Below are positions 38,139-45,866 of a stretch of 64,000 bases of DNA, one piece after another (position 1 is the stretch's first letter; each line of letters begins with the position of its first letter). A program made the translations under genes and the position numbers. The notes under the pieces are model-generated. The model had not been told where the DNA came from and did not search any database. It saw only the letters and a program-made list of their open reading frames with translations. Source of the DNA: Oscillospiraceae bacterium (GTDB lineage Bacteria > Bacillota > Clostridia > Oscillospirales > CAG-272); the NCBI GenBank assembly GCA_015063685.1, contig SVTR01000014.1:2717-66716 (forward strand), written 5' to 3'.

Positions 38139-38643
38139 TAAATTGTTGTTTGCGTGGGCTTACTATGAACCCGTAGGGGCGAACTGCGTTCGCCCGCCGT
38201 TCCCCAAAAGCCTTTGCTTATCAATATACTTTTTATTACGGGCGAACACAGTTCGCCCCTACGACCATGTTGCTCAGAAAACCGCAAACAACAATTTTGT
38301 TGACCAACGCTCCATCGTGGTATGTGGTACGCATAGGATGCACTACCCCGAGCGGTGGCAGGCGGCACAGCCGCCAAACAACAATTTATTTGACCGCCAT
38401 CTCTTGCGGAAAGACGGTTGGCAAGAAGCAACCTTCTTCGGCATTTTGGGGCGGGCACTGCCCGCAAACAACAGGGCATCTCTAAATACTCAGTGTGCGG
38501 CGAGATGCGAGGGATTTTTTCGTCAGACTAAACAAAAATCTGCGCGCATAGTCGTCCCTATGCGAAAGAATTTTGTGACGTATGACGGAAAAATCACCGT
38601 CATATCGGCGTGCGATGAGTTTTTAGAGATGCCCAACAATTTA
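38139..38643 (+). repeat. Mosaic repeat array 3: module I (38139..38297) + II + III, interrupted by MITE copy C
   Basis: Boundary motifs AAATTGTTGTTT at 38140 and AAACAACAATTT at 38286, 38376 and 38466 (exactly 90-bp phasing). REP doublet 38173..38262. The last motif is split by the MITE, with an AACA duplication. Confidence 0.85.
38474..38634 (+). mobile_element. MITE family 1, copy C (161 bp), nested in array 3
   Basis: Same TIRs, flanked by AACA on both sides. Its end lies 6 nt from the stop codon of the flippase gene. Confidence 0.85.
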
Positions 38644-40224
38644 TCTTCTTTTCCTCCCCACCCCAAAAAGCACCGCCGCGCCGTACAGGCACATGACCGA
38701 GGCCACAGTACCAAGAGTATGGATGGGTGTAATCTCCTGCCAGCCCAGCCATCCACGGGCAATCCGCACAAGGATAACCGCGCCGCCTCCCGCCACCAAC
38801 GGCCAGGCCACGAGCCGAAGAAATTTTCCGCCCGACGGCAAAAGTCCGGGAATCAAACGGGCGATAAAACAGAAATTCAAAATGACGATGACAGAATCAC
38901 AGGCCAGCGTGCTGATAGGTGCCCCCATCATGCCAACCTCGGGGATACCCAGAAGGACGTAGGCCAGGATCACCTTCACGGCCGTGCCGCATATCAGCGA
39001 AATCACCGGTTTTGCGGCGTGTCCTCCGCCCTGCAGAAGCGCACCGCTGACCGTAATCAGACAAGACATAGGCACAGACAGGGCAACGCAAGTCAGCCAC
39101 GGAGTCGCCATGGCCACAGCCTCGGGCTGTGCGCCAAACAAAAGGGTCAGTACATCCTCAGAAAAGACCGACATTCCCAGGGCAGCCGGAATGGCAATGA
39201 CCAGCGTCAACCGCAGGGCCGACACCGTGATTTTTTTCGCTTGCGCCATCCCTTCACCCGTGCGCTCGTTCAAGGCCGCCGACAAAGCAGGCACCGTAGG
39301 CAAAGAGACCGCCGTCGTGAGGGTGGGAAGCATATGAAAAAGGGGCAAGACCAAGGTAGAATAACACCCGTAGAGGGCATTGGCGGCGATCTCGTCATAG
39401 CCCACCGATTGCAAACGGCGGAGGATCAACGCCAGATCCACCACCTTGGTCACACTCATGACAGCCGCCCCAAAGGTCACGGGAACGGCAGTCACAAGGA
39501 GCCGTATCAGGATATCCAGGTCCGCATTTCTGTCCCGCGAAAGCTTTGTTTGAGACTCTCGACGGTCAAGCATGATCTTGTGAATCCAAAGATAGACCAC
39601 CGAAATTCCCGTTCCCACGGTCAGTCCCAAGACGGCATAGGCCGCCGTAGTGGGCAGATCACAACCCCGTTTTTGAGCCATTGACGCAAAGGTCAGTCCC
39701 AAAAGCAGCTTGCCCAAGGCCTCCATGACCTGGGACACGGCGGTCGGGGTCATGGATCGCTTACCCTGAAAATAGCCGCGAAAGGCAGAGGACAGGCAAA
39801 TGAGCAGGACGGTGGGAGAAATCATGCGCATCCCAGCCGCCGCGCCGCTGTTTTTGAGGAGAGCCGCTAAGGCATCCGAAAAACCATACAACAGTAGCGC
39901 TCCCACTGTGCCGATGATCACAAAAGCCATCAAAGCAACTTTGAAGACCCGCCGTGCCTTATCCTGCGCCTCCTGCCCATCCTTGACGGAGGCAGAGATC
40001 AGCACCGACATAGCCACGGGAAGCCCCGCGGTGGCGATGACACAAAACAGGGCGTACAACTCGTAAGCGGTATTGAAATACCCCATTCCCTCGGTGCCGA
40101 GATAGGCCAGCATGGGAATGCGGTACAAAAGTCCGATCACCTTGACGATGAGCGCCGAGATGGTCAGCACGCTGACGCCGCCGAAAAATTTCCGTGCGGA
40201 TGTGTTTTGGTTTGCTCGTTTCAT
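38641..40224 (-). CDS. MOP-superfamily flippase (polysaccharide biosynthesis protein, SpoVB/YabM-like)
   Basis: ~527 aa, about 14 TM helices, N-terminus KFFGGVSVLTISALIVKVIGLLYRIPMLAYLGTEGMGYF typical of MurJ/SpoVB-type proteins. Located upstream of mazG, as yabM-yabN is in Bacillus. Confidence 0.75.
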   Translation of the reverse strand: MKRANQNTSARKFFGGVSVLTISALIVKVIGLLYRIPMLAYLGTEGMGYFNTAYELYALFCVIATAGLPVAMSVLISASVKDGQEAQDKARRVFKVALMAFVIIGTVGALLLYGFSDALAALLKNSGAAAGMRMISPTVLLICLSSAFRGYFQGKRSMTPTAVSQVMEALGKLLLGLTFASMAQKRGCDLPTTAAYAVLGLTVGTGISVVYLWIHKIMLDRRESQTKLSRDRNADLDILIRLLVTAVPVTFGAAVMSVTKVVDLALILRRLQSVGYDEIAANALYGCYSTLVLPLFHMLPTLTTAVSLPTVPALSAALNERTGEGMAQAKKITVSALRLTLVIAIPAALGMSVFSEDVLTLLFGAQPEAVAMATPWLTCVALSVPMSCLITVSGALLQGGGHAAKPVISLICGTAVKVILAYVLLGIPEVGMMGAPISTLACDSVIVILNFCFIARLIPGLLPSGGKFLRLVAWPLVAGGGAVILVRIARGWLGWQEITPIHTLGTVASVMCLYGAAVLFGVGRKRR

Positions 40225-40275
40225 GATCCCATGCCTGCCCTTCCGCCCACTTCGGGGACAAGGCATTATATGAGA

Positions 40276-41214
40276 TCAGACAAGGATAAATTCGTGATAA
40301 AGTGAGTTCTCGGAAAGATATTCGTGGGAAATGCTCTGCACCCCCTGAAGCTTTCGCAGAAGCTCCTCGGCGATGGGCGCGTCATCCCCCGTCACGGGAT
40401 GAGCGGCGAAAATGCGCTCCACGTGGGACTTCAGCATATGGATCTCAAAGGGCATGGTGGAATCCAGTCTGAAATCACACTTTTCTGCCTCAGGGAAAAT
40501 GGATTTTTCCTCATTTTCTCTGACGCTGTGCCAAAGGTGGAGGGTGAAGGTGGGAATAGCCCCACGCTTAGCCTCGTCTCGTACCAGTCTGCGCATGAGG
40601 CGAATCTCGTTGGGCTCAAAGGTTACGTCTCCCACGGTGATGCTTGAGGCAACGCACATAAAAACGCTGCGGTCGGGAGCCTCATCCAGCATATCAATAA
40701 CCTTGGGGTACACCGCCTGGATGCCCTCAAAGAGGAACACCGGCGCGCGCCCCCGGGTGGTGTCCAAAGGAATGGGACCTTCACGAAGTCCCGTTTTGAA
40801 ATTGAATCTGGGCATTCCCGCCTTGCCTGTAGTCATGAGATCATGAACACAGGTGTGGAGCAGCTCCAGATCCAGAGCGTCCACAGAATCATAGTCCAGC
40901 TTTCCCCCGTTTTCCTGCGCCATGGCAAAAAGCGTATTGCGATCATGGAAGAAATCATCCAGGGACACGGGATATACTTCCCTGCCCGCCGCCTCCAAAG
41001 CCTCTGTCAGCTTGCCCGCGCAGGTGGTCTTTCCGGCGCAGGTGGGACCGGACAATCGGACGATCTTGACGCCCTCACGGACGCAAGCCGCGCTGATGGT
41101 TGCGGCGGCCTTGCTGAGTCGGAGATCAAAGTCCCGATCTCCTGCCTTCACAAGCTCCACAGCCTCCTGCTCACTTGAAAAACGGGCAGGTACGCGAATG
41201 TTGTTTGAAATCAT
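40276..41214 (-). CDS. P-loop kinase, uridine kinase/phosphoribulokinase-family protein
   Basis: Walker A LSGPTCAGKTT followed by SLDDFFHDR, typical of Udk-like proteins. ATG at 41214. Confidence 0.6.
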   Translation of the reverse strand: MISNNIRVPARFSSEQEAVELVKAGDRDFDLRLSKAAATISAACVREGVKIVRLSGPTCAGKTTCAGKLTEALEAAGREVYPVSLDDFFHDRNTLFAMAQENGGKLDYDSVDALDLELLHTCVHDLMTTGKAGMPRFNFKTGLREGPIPLDTTRGRAPVFLFEGIQAVYPKVIDMLDEAPDRSVFMCVASSITVGDVTFEPNEIRLMRRLVRDEAKRGAIPTFTLHLWHSVRENEEKSIFPEAEKCDFRLDSTMPFEIHMLKSHVERIFAAHPVTGDDAPIAEELLRKLQGVQSISHEYLSENSLYHEFILV

Positions 41215-41234
41215 GTGCACCTCCTCAGGTGGGA

Positions 41235-42743
41235 TCATTCCTCCAGAAGTCTGCGGGTCTGATAAAATTCCTCAATGCGGTTGATCTTGTGGGTCATGGC
41301 ATCGGCCCCCACGGTGTCCAGGTACTCATAGGGGTACTTGGGGTTGAACATCCGCTCAATGAAGCGAGGTGAGCCGTCCACCGGCGTGTAATCCACCAGC
41401 TTGGTAACAGCACCCGCGCCTGCGGCAAAGATGGAATGAACCTCCTCCATCATGTAGATATTATAAAGACCTTCGCATCCGGGGAGAGAAAAGCCTACGT
41501 TTTCAAAATTACCCACGGTATTCTTCTGTCTGTACATATAATAGGGGAGATAGCCGTTATGTATGCACTGAATCTGCGAATAATCCACGCATTTTCCCGT
41601 ATCGCCGCCCCGCATGGAGTAAACGTCCGAGCCGGACTGGCGAAGCTCCGAGGATTTTTTTACGCAGAAGGTATGAACCGTGATGTTTTCGGGACGGAGA
41701 TTCAGAATGCCGTCAAAGGAGGCTGAGAAGGTCTTGAAATTATCCCCGGGAAGACCTGCGATGAGGTCGGTGTTGATAACGGGAATGCCCGACGCACGGG
41801 CGATCTCATAGGCCTTATAGAACATTTCGGTGTCATGGGCACGTCCGATCTTGCAGAGCACGTCATCACAAAGCGTCTGTGGATTGACGCTGATGCGCCC
41901 CACGCCGTATTCCTTGGCCACTGCCAGCTTATCCGCCGTGATGGTATCGGGTCTGCCTGCCTCCAAGGTATACTCCTCCAGGCGGGTCACGTCTGTGAGA
42001 GAGGCAATGGTGGAGAGGAGACGGCGCAGCTGATCCGTATCCAGAATGGTAGGGGTACCGCCGCCGATATAGATGGTGCGAAGATTCAGCCCCAGACGGT
42101 CAATGCAGGCAAACATACCCCTGAGATCCTCCTCCAGGCGCAAAAGATAATCGGGGATCAGAGAGAGCAGCCGCTTGGAGGTATAGGACACAAAGGAGCA
42201 ATAGGAACACCTGGTGGGACAGAAGGGGATGGACACATAGACCGAGCAATCCTTCCGACCGGGGGTACCGATGAGTCTCGCCTCGTTCAGCGCCACATCG
42301 GTGGCCAGGGCAGCCTTTTTGGGGATGACAAAATAATCCTTAGTCAATTCCTTCTTGACACGGGTCTTACTCATGCCCTTTTGCAAAAGCTCGGTGGCCA
42401 CCTTGGAGGGGCGCACGCCCGTGAGCATGCCCCAGGAGGAACGGTAACCCATGACCCGCTCGCATACGGTCGTCACGGCGTCACCCACCGCGATCTTTTC
42501 GATACGCTCCTTGGTGTACCCTTCCCGATAATCATAATGGCGGGTTTCCTCGGCAATCTGGCCCTTATAGGAGAACTTGGCCGCCGTATCCACCCCATCG
42601 GTATCCTTGGTCATGGTAATCCAAAGCTGGGGGGTATCCTCGGTGACCTCTTCATCGGCAGAAAATTTGGTGCCCGGGAAAAAGATCATGCAAAGGGTCT
42701 GCACGTAGTATTTATTTACGGGGCCGTCTATATATAGTTTCAT
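41235..42743 (-). CDS. hemZ: Radical SAM coproporphyrinogen-dehydrogenase-like protein (HemZ/HemN family)
   Basis: CPTRCSYCSF radical SAM cluster motif. 502 aa with a HemN_C-like tail. Confidence 0.75.
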   Translation of the reverse strand: MKLYIDGPVNKYYVQTLCMIFFPGTKFSADEEVTEDTPQLWITMTKDTDGVDTAAKFSYKGQIAEETRHYDYREGYTKERIEKIAVGDAVTTVCERVMGYRSSWGMLTGVRPSKVATELLQKGMSKTRVKKELTKDYFVIPKKAALATDVALNEARLIGTPGRKDCSVYVSIPFCPTRCSYCSFVSYTSKRLLSLIPDYLLRLEEDLRGMFACIDRLGLNLRTIYIGGGTPTILDTDQLRRLLSTIASLTDVTRLEEYTLEAGRPDTITADKLAVAKEYGVGRISVNPQTLCDDVLCKIGRAHDTEMFYKAYEIARASGIPVINTDLIAGLPGDNFKTFSASFDGILNLRPENITVHTFCVKKSSELRQSGSDVYSMRGGDTGKCVDYSQIQCIHNGYLPYYMYRQKNTVGNFENVGFSLPGCEGLYNIYMMEEVHSIFAAGAGAVTKLVDYTPVDGSPRFIERMFNPKYPYEYLDTVGADAMTHKINRIEEFYQTRRLLEE

Positions 42744-42792
42744 AACATTACTCCACGTCCTGAATTTTTGTTTTTCTTCGAGTGACGGATGG

Positions 42793-43260
42793 TTACGCTT
42801 GGTTTTTGGGTTGCTTCAGAACCTCGCTGTCCATACAGATGGTCACAGGGCCGTCGTTGACAAGCTCCACGGCCATGTGGGCGCCAAAGACACCCTTTTC
42901 AACAACAGCCACCTGCTCGGAGGCTTTTTTAACAAACAACTCGTATAGCCGTTCTGCCTCGGCAGGCGCGGCGGCACCCAGAAAATCGGGACGGTTGCCC
43001 TGGCGGTAATTGGCCATGAGGGTGAACTGAGAGATCACCAGAAGTCCGCCGCCCACGTCTATGATCGAGCGGTTCATCTTGCCGTTTTCATCCTCAAAGA
43101 TACGAAGCTTCAGGATCTTGGCAAGAAGCTTATCCAGATCTCCCTCGGTATCTCCTTGGGCTACGCCCAGAAGGATCATATATCCGTGGCCGATCTTACC
43201 GACCACCTGTCCGTCCACCGACACCTGGGCACGGCTGACGCGCTGAATGACTGCTTTCAT
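42793..43260 (-). CDS. dtd: D-aminoacyl-tRNA deacylase
   Basis: MKAVIQRVSRAQVSVDGQVVGKIGHGYMILLGV... and SQFTL. 155 aa. Confidence 0.9.
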   Translation of the reverse strand: MKAVIQRVSRAQVSVDGQVVGKIGHGYMILLGVAQGDTEGDLDKLLAKILKLRIFEDENGKMNRSIIDVGGGLLVISQFTLMANYRQGNRPDFLGAAAPAEAERLYELFVKKASEQVAVVEKGVFGAHMAVELVNDGPVTICMDSEVLKQPKNQA

Positions 43261-43367
43261 GTTGTGTTCCCTTTTTTATTTTCTGTTTTCAGGCTTCGGG
43301 AAGGGAGACCCCTCCCTGCGCTATTCTTAGGGCCGTGGGTATTCCCATGCCCTTTTGTATCCGGAAA

Positions 43368-45605
43368 TTACGAGAATCCTCTCACCACGTCAATGATATT
43401 GGGCAAAGAACGCAGACGGGAAACGATGGAGGTATAGTGCTCCACGTTTTTGCACCCTACCTTCATGTTAATGATGGCACGGCCGCCGCTGGCCTTTTGA
43501 GAATTGATCTGCAGGATAGAAACCTTCATTTCCACCAAGGTATTGGCGATATCCGCCAAGGCGCCTACCTCATCCAGCACATGTACCTGAAGGAGAGCCT
43601 CATACACGCTCTTGACAGGGGTAGCTCCCTGGGGCTCATCCCACCAGGCATTGACCCAGCGGTCGGCCAGATCGGGATTGCTCTGCCCCTGCGTTACGTT
43701 GGGGCAGTCCTTCTGGTGGATAGAAATGCCGTAGCCCTTGGTGATGAAGCCCACCACCGCATCTCCGGGCAAGGGGTTGCAGCACTTGGCAAATTTCACG
43801 GCACAGCCGTCGGCACCGTCCACAATGATGCCACTGTTGGAGCGGAGATGACGGGGACGAACGGCCGTCACCACATCGGCGGCGGAGGTCACGTGAGGTG
43901 CTGCCACCTCGGGCTGCTCCTCCTGGCGGTAAGCCTCCAGCTCATCCTTGAACTTGGGCAGGATCTTGGCGACGGTGATCTCTCCGTAACCGATGGCGTT
44001 GAACAAATCGTCAGCGGTGTTAAAGCCGTTCTTCTTGGCAACGCTGGAAACCATCTCCAAGCGTCTCGACTCGGAGGCGCGGGGAGCCGCTTTCTTCAGC
44101 TCAACAGTCAGCGCCTCGCGACCCATGACAATGTTATCAGCCCGTTTCTCCCGCTTGAACCACTGGCGGATCTTGTTTCTCGCCTCACCGGTACGGACGA
44201 TACCCAACCAGTCGCGGCTGGGGCCCTTGGCGGAGGATGAGGTGAGGATCTCCACAATTTCGCCGTTCTCCAGCACCCGGTCAATGGGTACGATCATACC
44301 GTTGATCTTGGCGCCAATCATCTTGTTACCCACCTCGGAATGGATGGCATAGGCAAAGTCGATGACGGTAGCTCCCTGAGGCAGGGCGCGCACGTCTCCC
44401 TTGGGAGTAAAAACGAAGACCTCGTCGTGGAAAATATCGATCTTGAGGGCGCTCATGAATTCCTCAGGATCACGAGTACCATCCTCGGTTTCGATAAGAC
44501 GGGAGATCCACTCCAGCTTCTTGTCCATGTCCTCCTTGGAGGTGGCACCCGACTTATACTTCCAATGGGCGGCGATACCGTATTCGGCGATATGGTGCAT
44601 CTCCCAGGTACGGATCTGCACCTCAAAGGGAATACCGTCGCGGCCGATGACCGTGGTATGGAGGGAGCGGTACATGTTGGGCTTCGGGGTGGAAATGTAG
44701 TCCTTAAAGCGACCGGGGATGGAGTTGAACATTTCGTGGATGATACCCAGGACAGCGTAGCACTCCAGCTCTGTATCCACGATGATACGGAGGGCGTAGA
44801 AGTCGTAGATCTCGTCAAAGCTCTTGTTTTGGTTAAACATCTTGCGATACATACTGTAGACCGTTTTGATACGGCCCTCCAGAGTAAAGCGGATGTCGTT
44901 GCTCTCCAGCTTCTCGGACACGGTGCTTCGGACGTTTTCAATGAAGTTCAGGCTCTGTCCGTACTTGCGCTCAATGCCGTCCCTTACCTCAGCATAGCCG
45001 ATGGGGTCGAGATACTGCATTCCCAGATTTTCCAATTCCTGCTTGATCTTCTGCATACCCAAGCGGTGTGCCAGGGGAGCATAGACCTGCATGGTCTCCA
45101 ACGCCGTCACGCGGCGCTTATGGTCGGGCTTGACACCCAGGGTACGCATATTATGCAATCTGTCACAAAGCTTGATAAAGATCACGCGCACGTCCTTGGA
45201 CATAGCCAAAAGCATTTTTCGCAGGTTTTCAATATGCGCTTCCTCTTTGTCGTCCACGTGCAAGGTCACGATCTTGGTCAGACCCTCCACCAGCATGGCC
45301 ACGTCGGGGCCAAAGCGCTTGGTGATGTCTTTTACGCTGGTCTGCTCACCGCAATCCTCCACAGTATCGTGAAGCAACGCCGCGCAGATGGAATCGGTAT
45401 CCAGCTCCAGGCCCGCCACGATCTCGGCTACCGAGATGGGGTGGGTAATGTAGGCCTCTCCGCTGACACGGTACTGTCCCTCGTGGAGTTTGGCGGCGTA
45501 TTCATAAGCGGCTGTGATCTTTTCCGTATCGTATTTTTTCCCCGTTGCCTTGAGGATATCCAATAACCGTTGGATATCCTCATGGGGTTGAAGGTTTTGT
45601 TCCAT
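43368..45605 (-). CDS. rel: Bifunctional (p)ppGpp synthetase/hydrolase Rel
   Basis: HD hydrolase (HDTVED), synthetase (RFKDYISTPKPNMYRSLHTTV), and TGS and ACT domains. GGAGG SD. Confidence 0.9.
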   Translation of the reverse strand: MEQNLQPHEDIQRLLDILKATGKKYDTEKITAAYEYAAKLHEGQYRVSGEAYITHPISVAEIVAGLELDTDSICAALLHDTVEDCGEQTSVKDITKRFGPDVAMLVEGLTKIVTLHVDDKEEAHIENLRKMLLAMSKDVRVIFIKLCDRLHNMRTLGVKPDHKRRVTALETMQVYAPLAHRLGMQKIKQELENLGMQYLDPIGYAEVRDGIERKYGQSLNFIENVRSTVSEKLESNDIRFTLEGRIKTVYSMYRKMFNQNKSFDEIYDFYALRIIVDTELECYAVLGIIHEMFNSIPGRFKDYISTPKPNMYRSLHTTVIGRDGIPFEVQIRTWEMHHIAEYGIAAHWKYKSGATSKEDMDKKLEWISRLIETEDGTRDPEEFMSALKIDIFHDEVFVFTPKGDVRALPQGATVIDFAYAIHSEVGNKMIGAKINGMIVPIDRVLENGEIVEILTSSSAKGPSRDWLGIVRTGEARNKIRQWFKREKRADNIVMGREALTVELKKAAPRASESRRLEMVSSVAKKNGFNTADDLFNAIGYGEITVAKILPKFKDELEAYRQEEQPEVAAPHVTSAADVVTAVRPRHLRSNSGIIVDGADGCAVKFAKCCNPLPGDAVVGFITKGYGISIHQKDCPNVTQGQSNPDLADRWVNAWWDEPQGATPVKSVYEALLQVHVLDEVGALADIANTLVEMKVSILQINSQKASGGRAIINMKVGCKNVEHYTSIVSRLRSLPNIIDVVRGFS

Positions 45606-45628
45606 AATGCCTCCTGAAATAGACTTTA

Positions 45629-45790
45629 GGGAACCTCTAAAAACTCTATTGATGAAAGAGCCGTGAAGAAGTTTTTCGTCAGATGATACAATTTTTCGAA
45701 CGCGTAGTGGCGCTACGCGAAGAAAAATATGTGAAATATGACGGGAAAGTTACCACGGATTCTCCGTCAAGAGAGTTTTTAGAGGTGACC
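45629..45790 (+). mobile_element. MITE family 2, full copy G (162 bp)
   Basis: GGGAACCTCTAAAAACTC ... GAGTTTTTAGAGGTGACC, flanked by TTTA on both sides. It lies 23 nt upstream of the rel start codon. Confidence 0.8.
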
Positions 45791-45794
45791 TTTA

Positions 45795-45860
45795 GGGGCA
45801 GCTCTGCATTCGACGGATAAAGCCCTGTCATTCGTCGCGCGATGAGCGTCAGAGATGCCC
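45795..45860 (+). mobile_element. MITE family 1, 66-bp deletion derivative (H)
   Basis: Ends GGGGCAGCTCTGCA ... CGATGAGCGTCAGAGATGCCC resemble the family 1 TIR and subterminal sequence. Flanked by TTTA on both sides. Its end lies 6 nt from the recJ stop. Confidence 0.6.
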
Positions 45861-45866
45861 TTTATG

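Noticed and set aside
38286-38473. CRISPR-like appearance of AAACAACAATTT motifs spaced exactly 90 bp apart
   Set aside because: The repeat is only 12-14 nt. The spacers are homologous to each other and to copies at other loci. No cas genes are present. The arrays are palindromic composites, so this is a mosaic of mobile repeats and not CRISPR.
37265-38479. N-terminal extensions of track ORFs: mazG to 38479, ACP to 25347, dpaA to 29152, sigE to 23632, RAYT to 61200, SAS to 5541
   Set aside because: The extensions run through repeats or intergenic sequence without an SD. Internal starts with good SD sequences give proteins of the expected family length.
38143-39684. 513-aa plus-strand ORF, plus short ORFs at 16202..16465, 16281..16535 and 17211..17465, containing peptides such as VGANCVRP, RANTVRPY and GERSSPLR
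   Set aside because: These peptides are translations of the REP hairpins and repeat arrays. The 513-aa ORF then continues antisense to the flippase gene. They are not genes, but they are likely to appear as hypothetical proteins in automated annotation.
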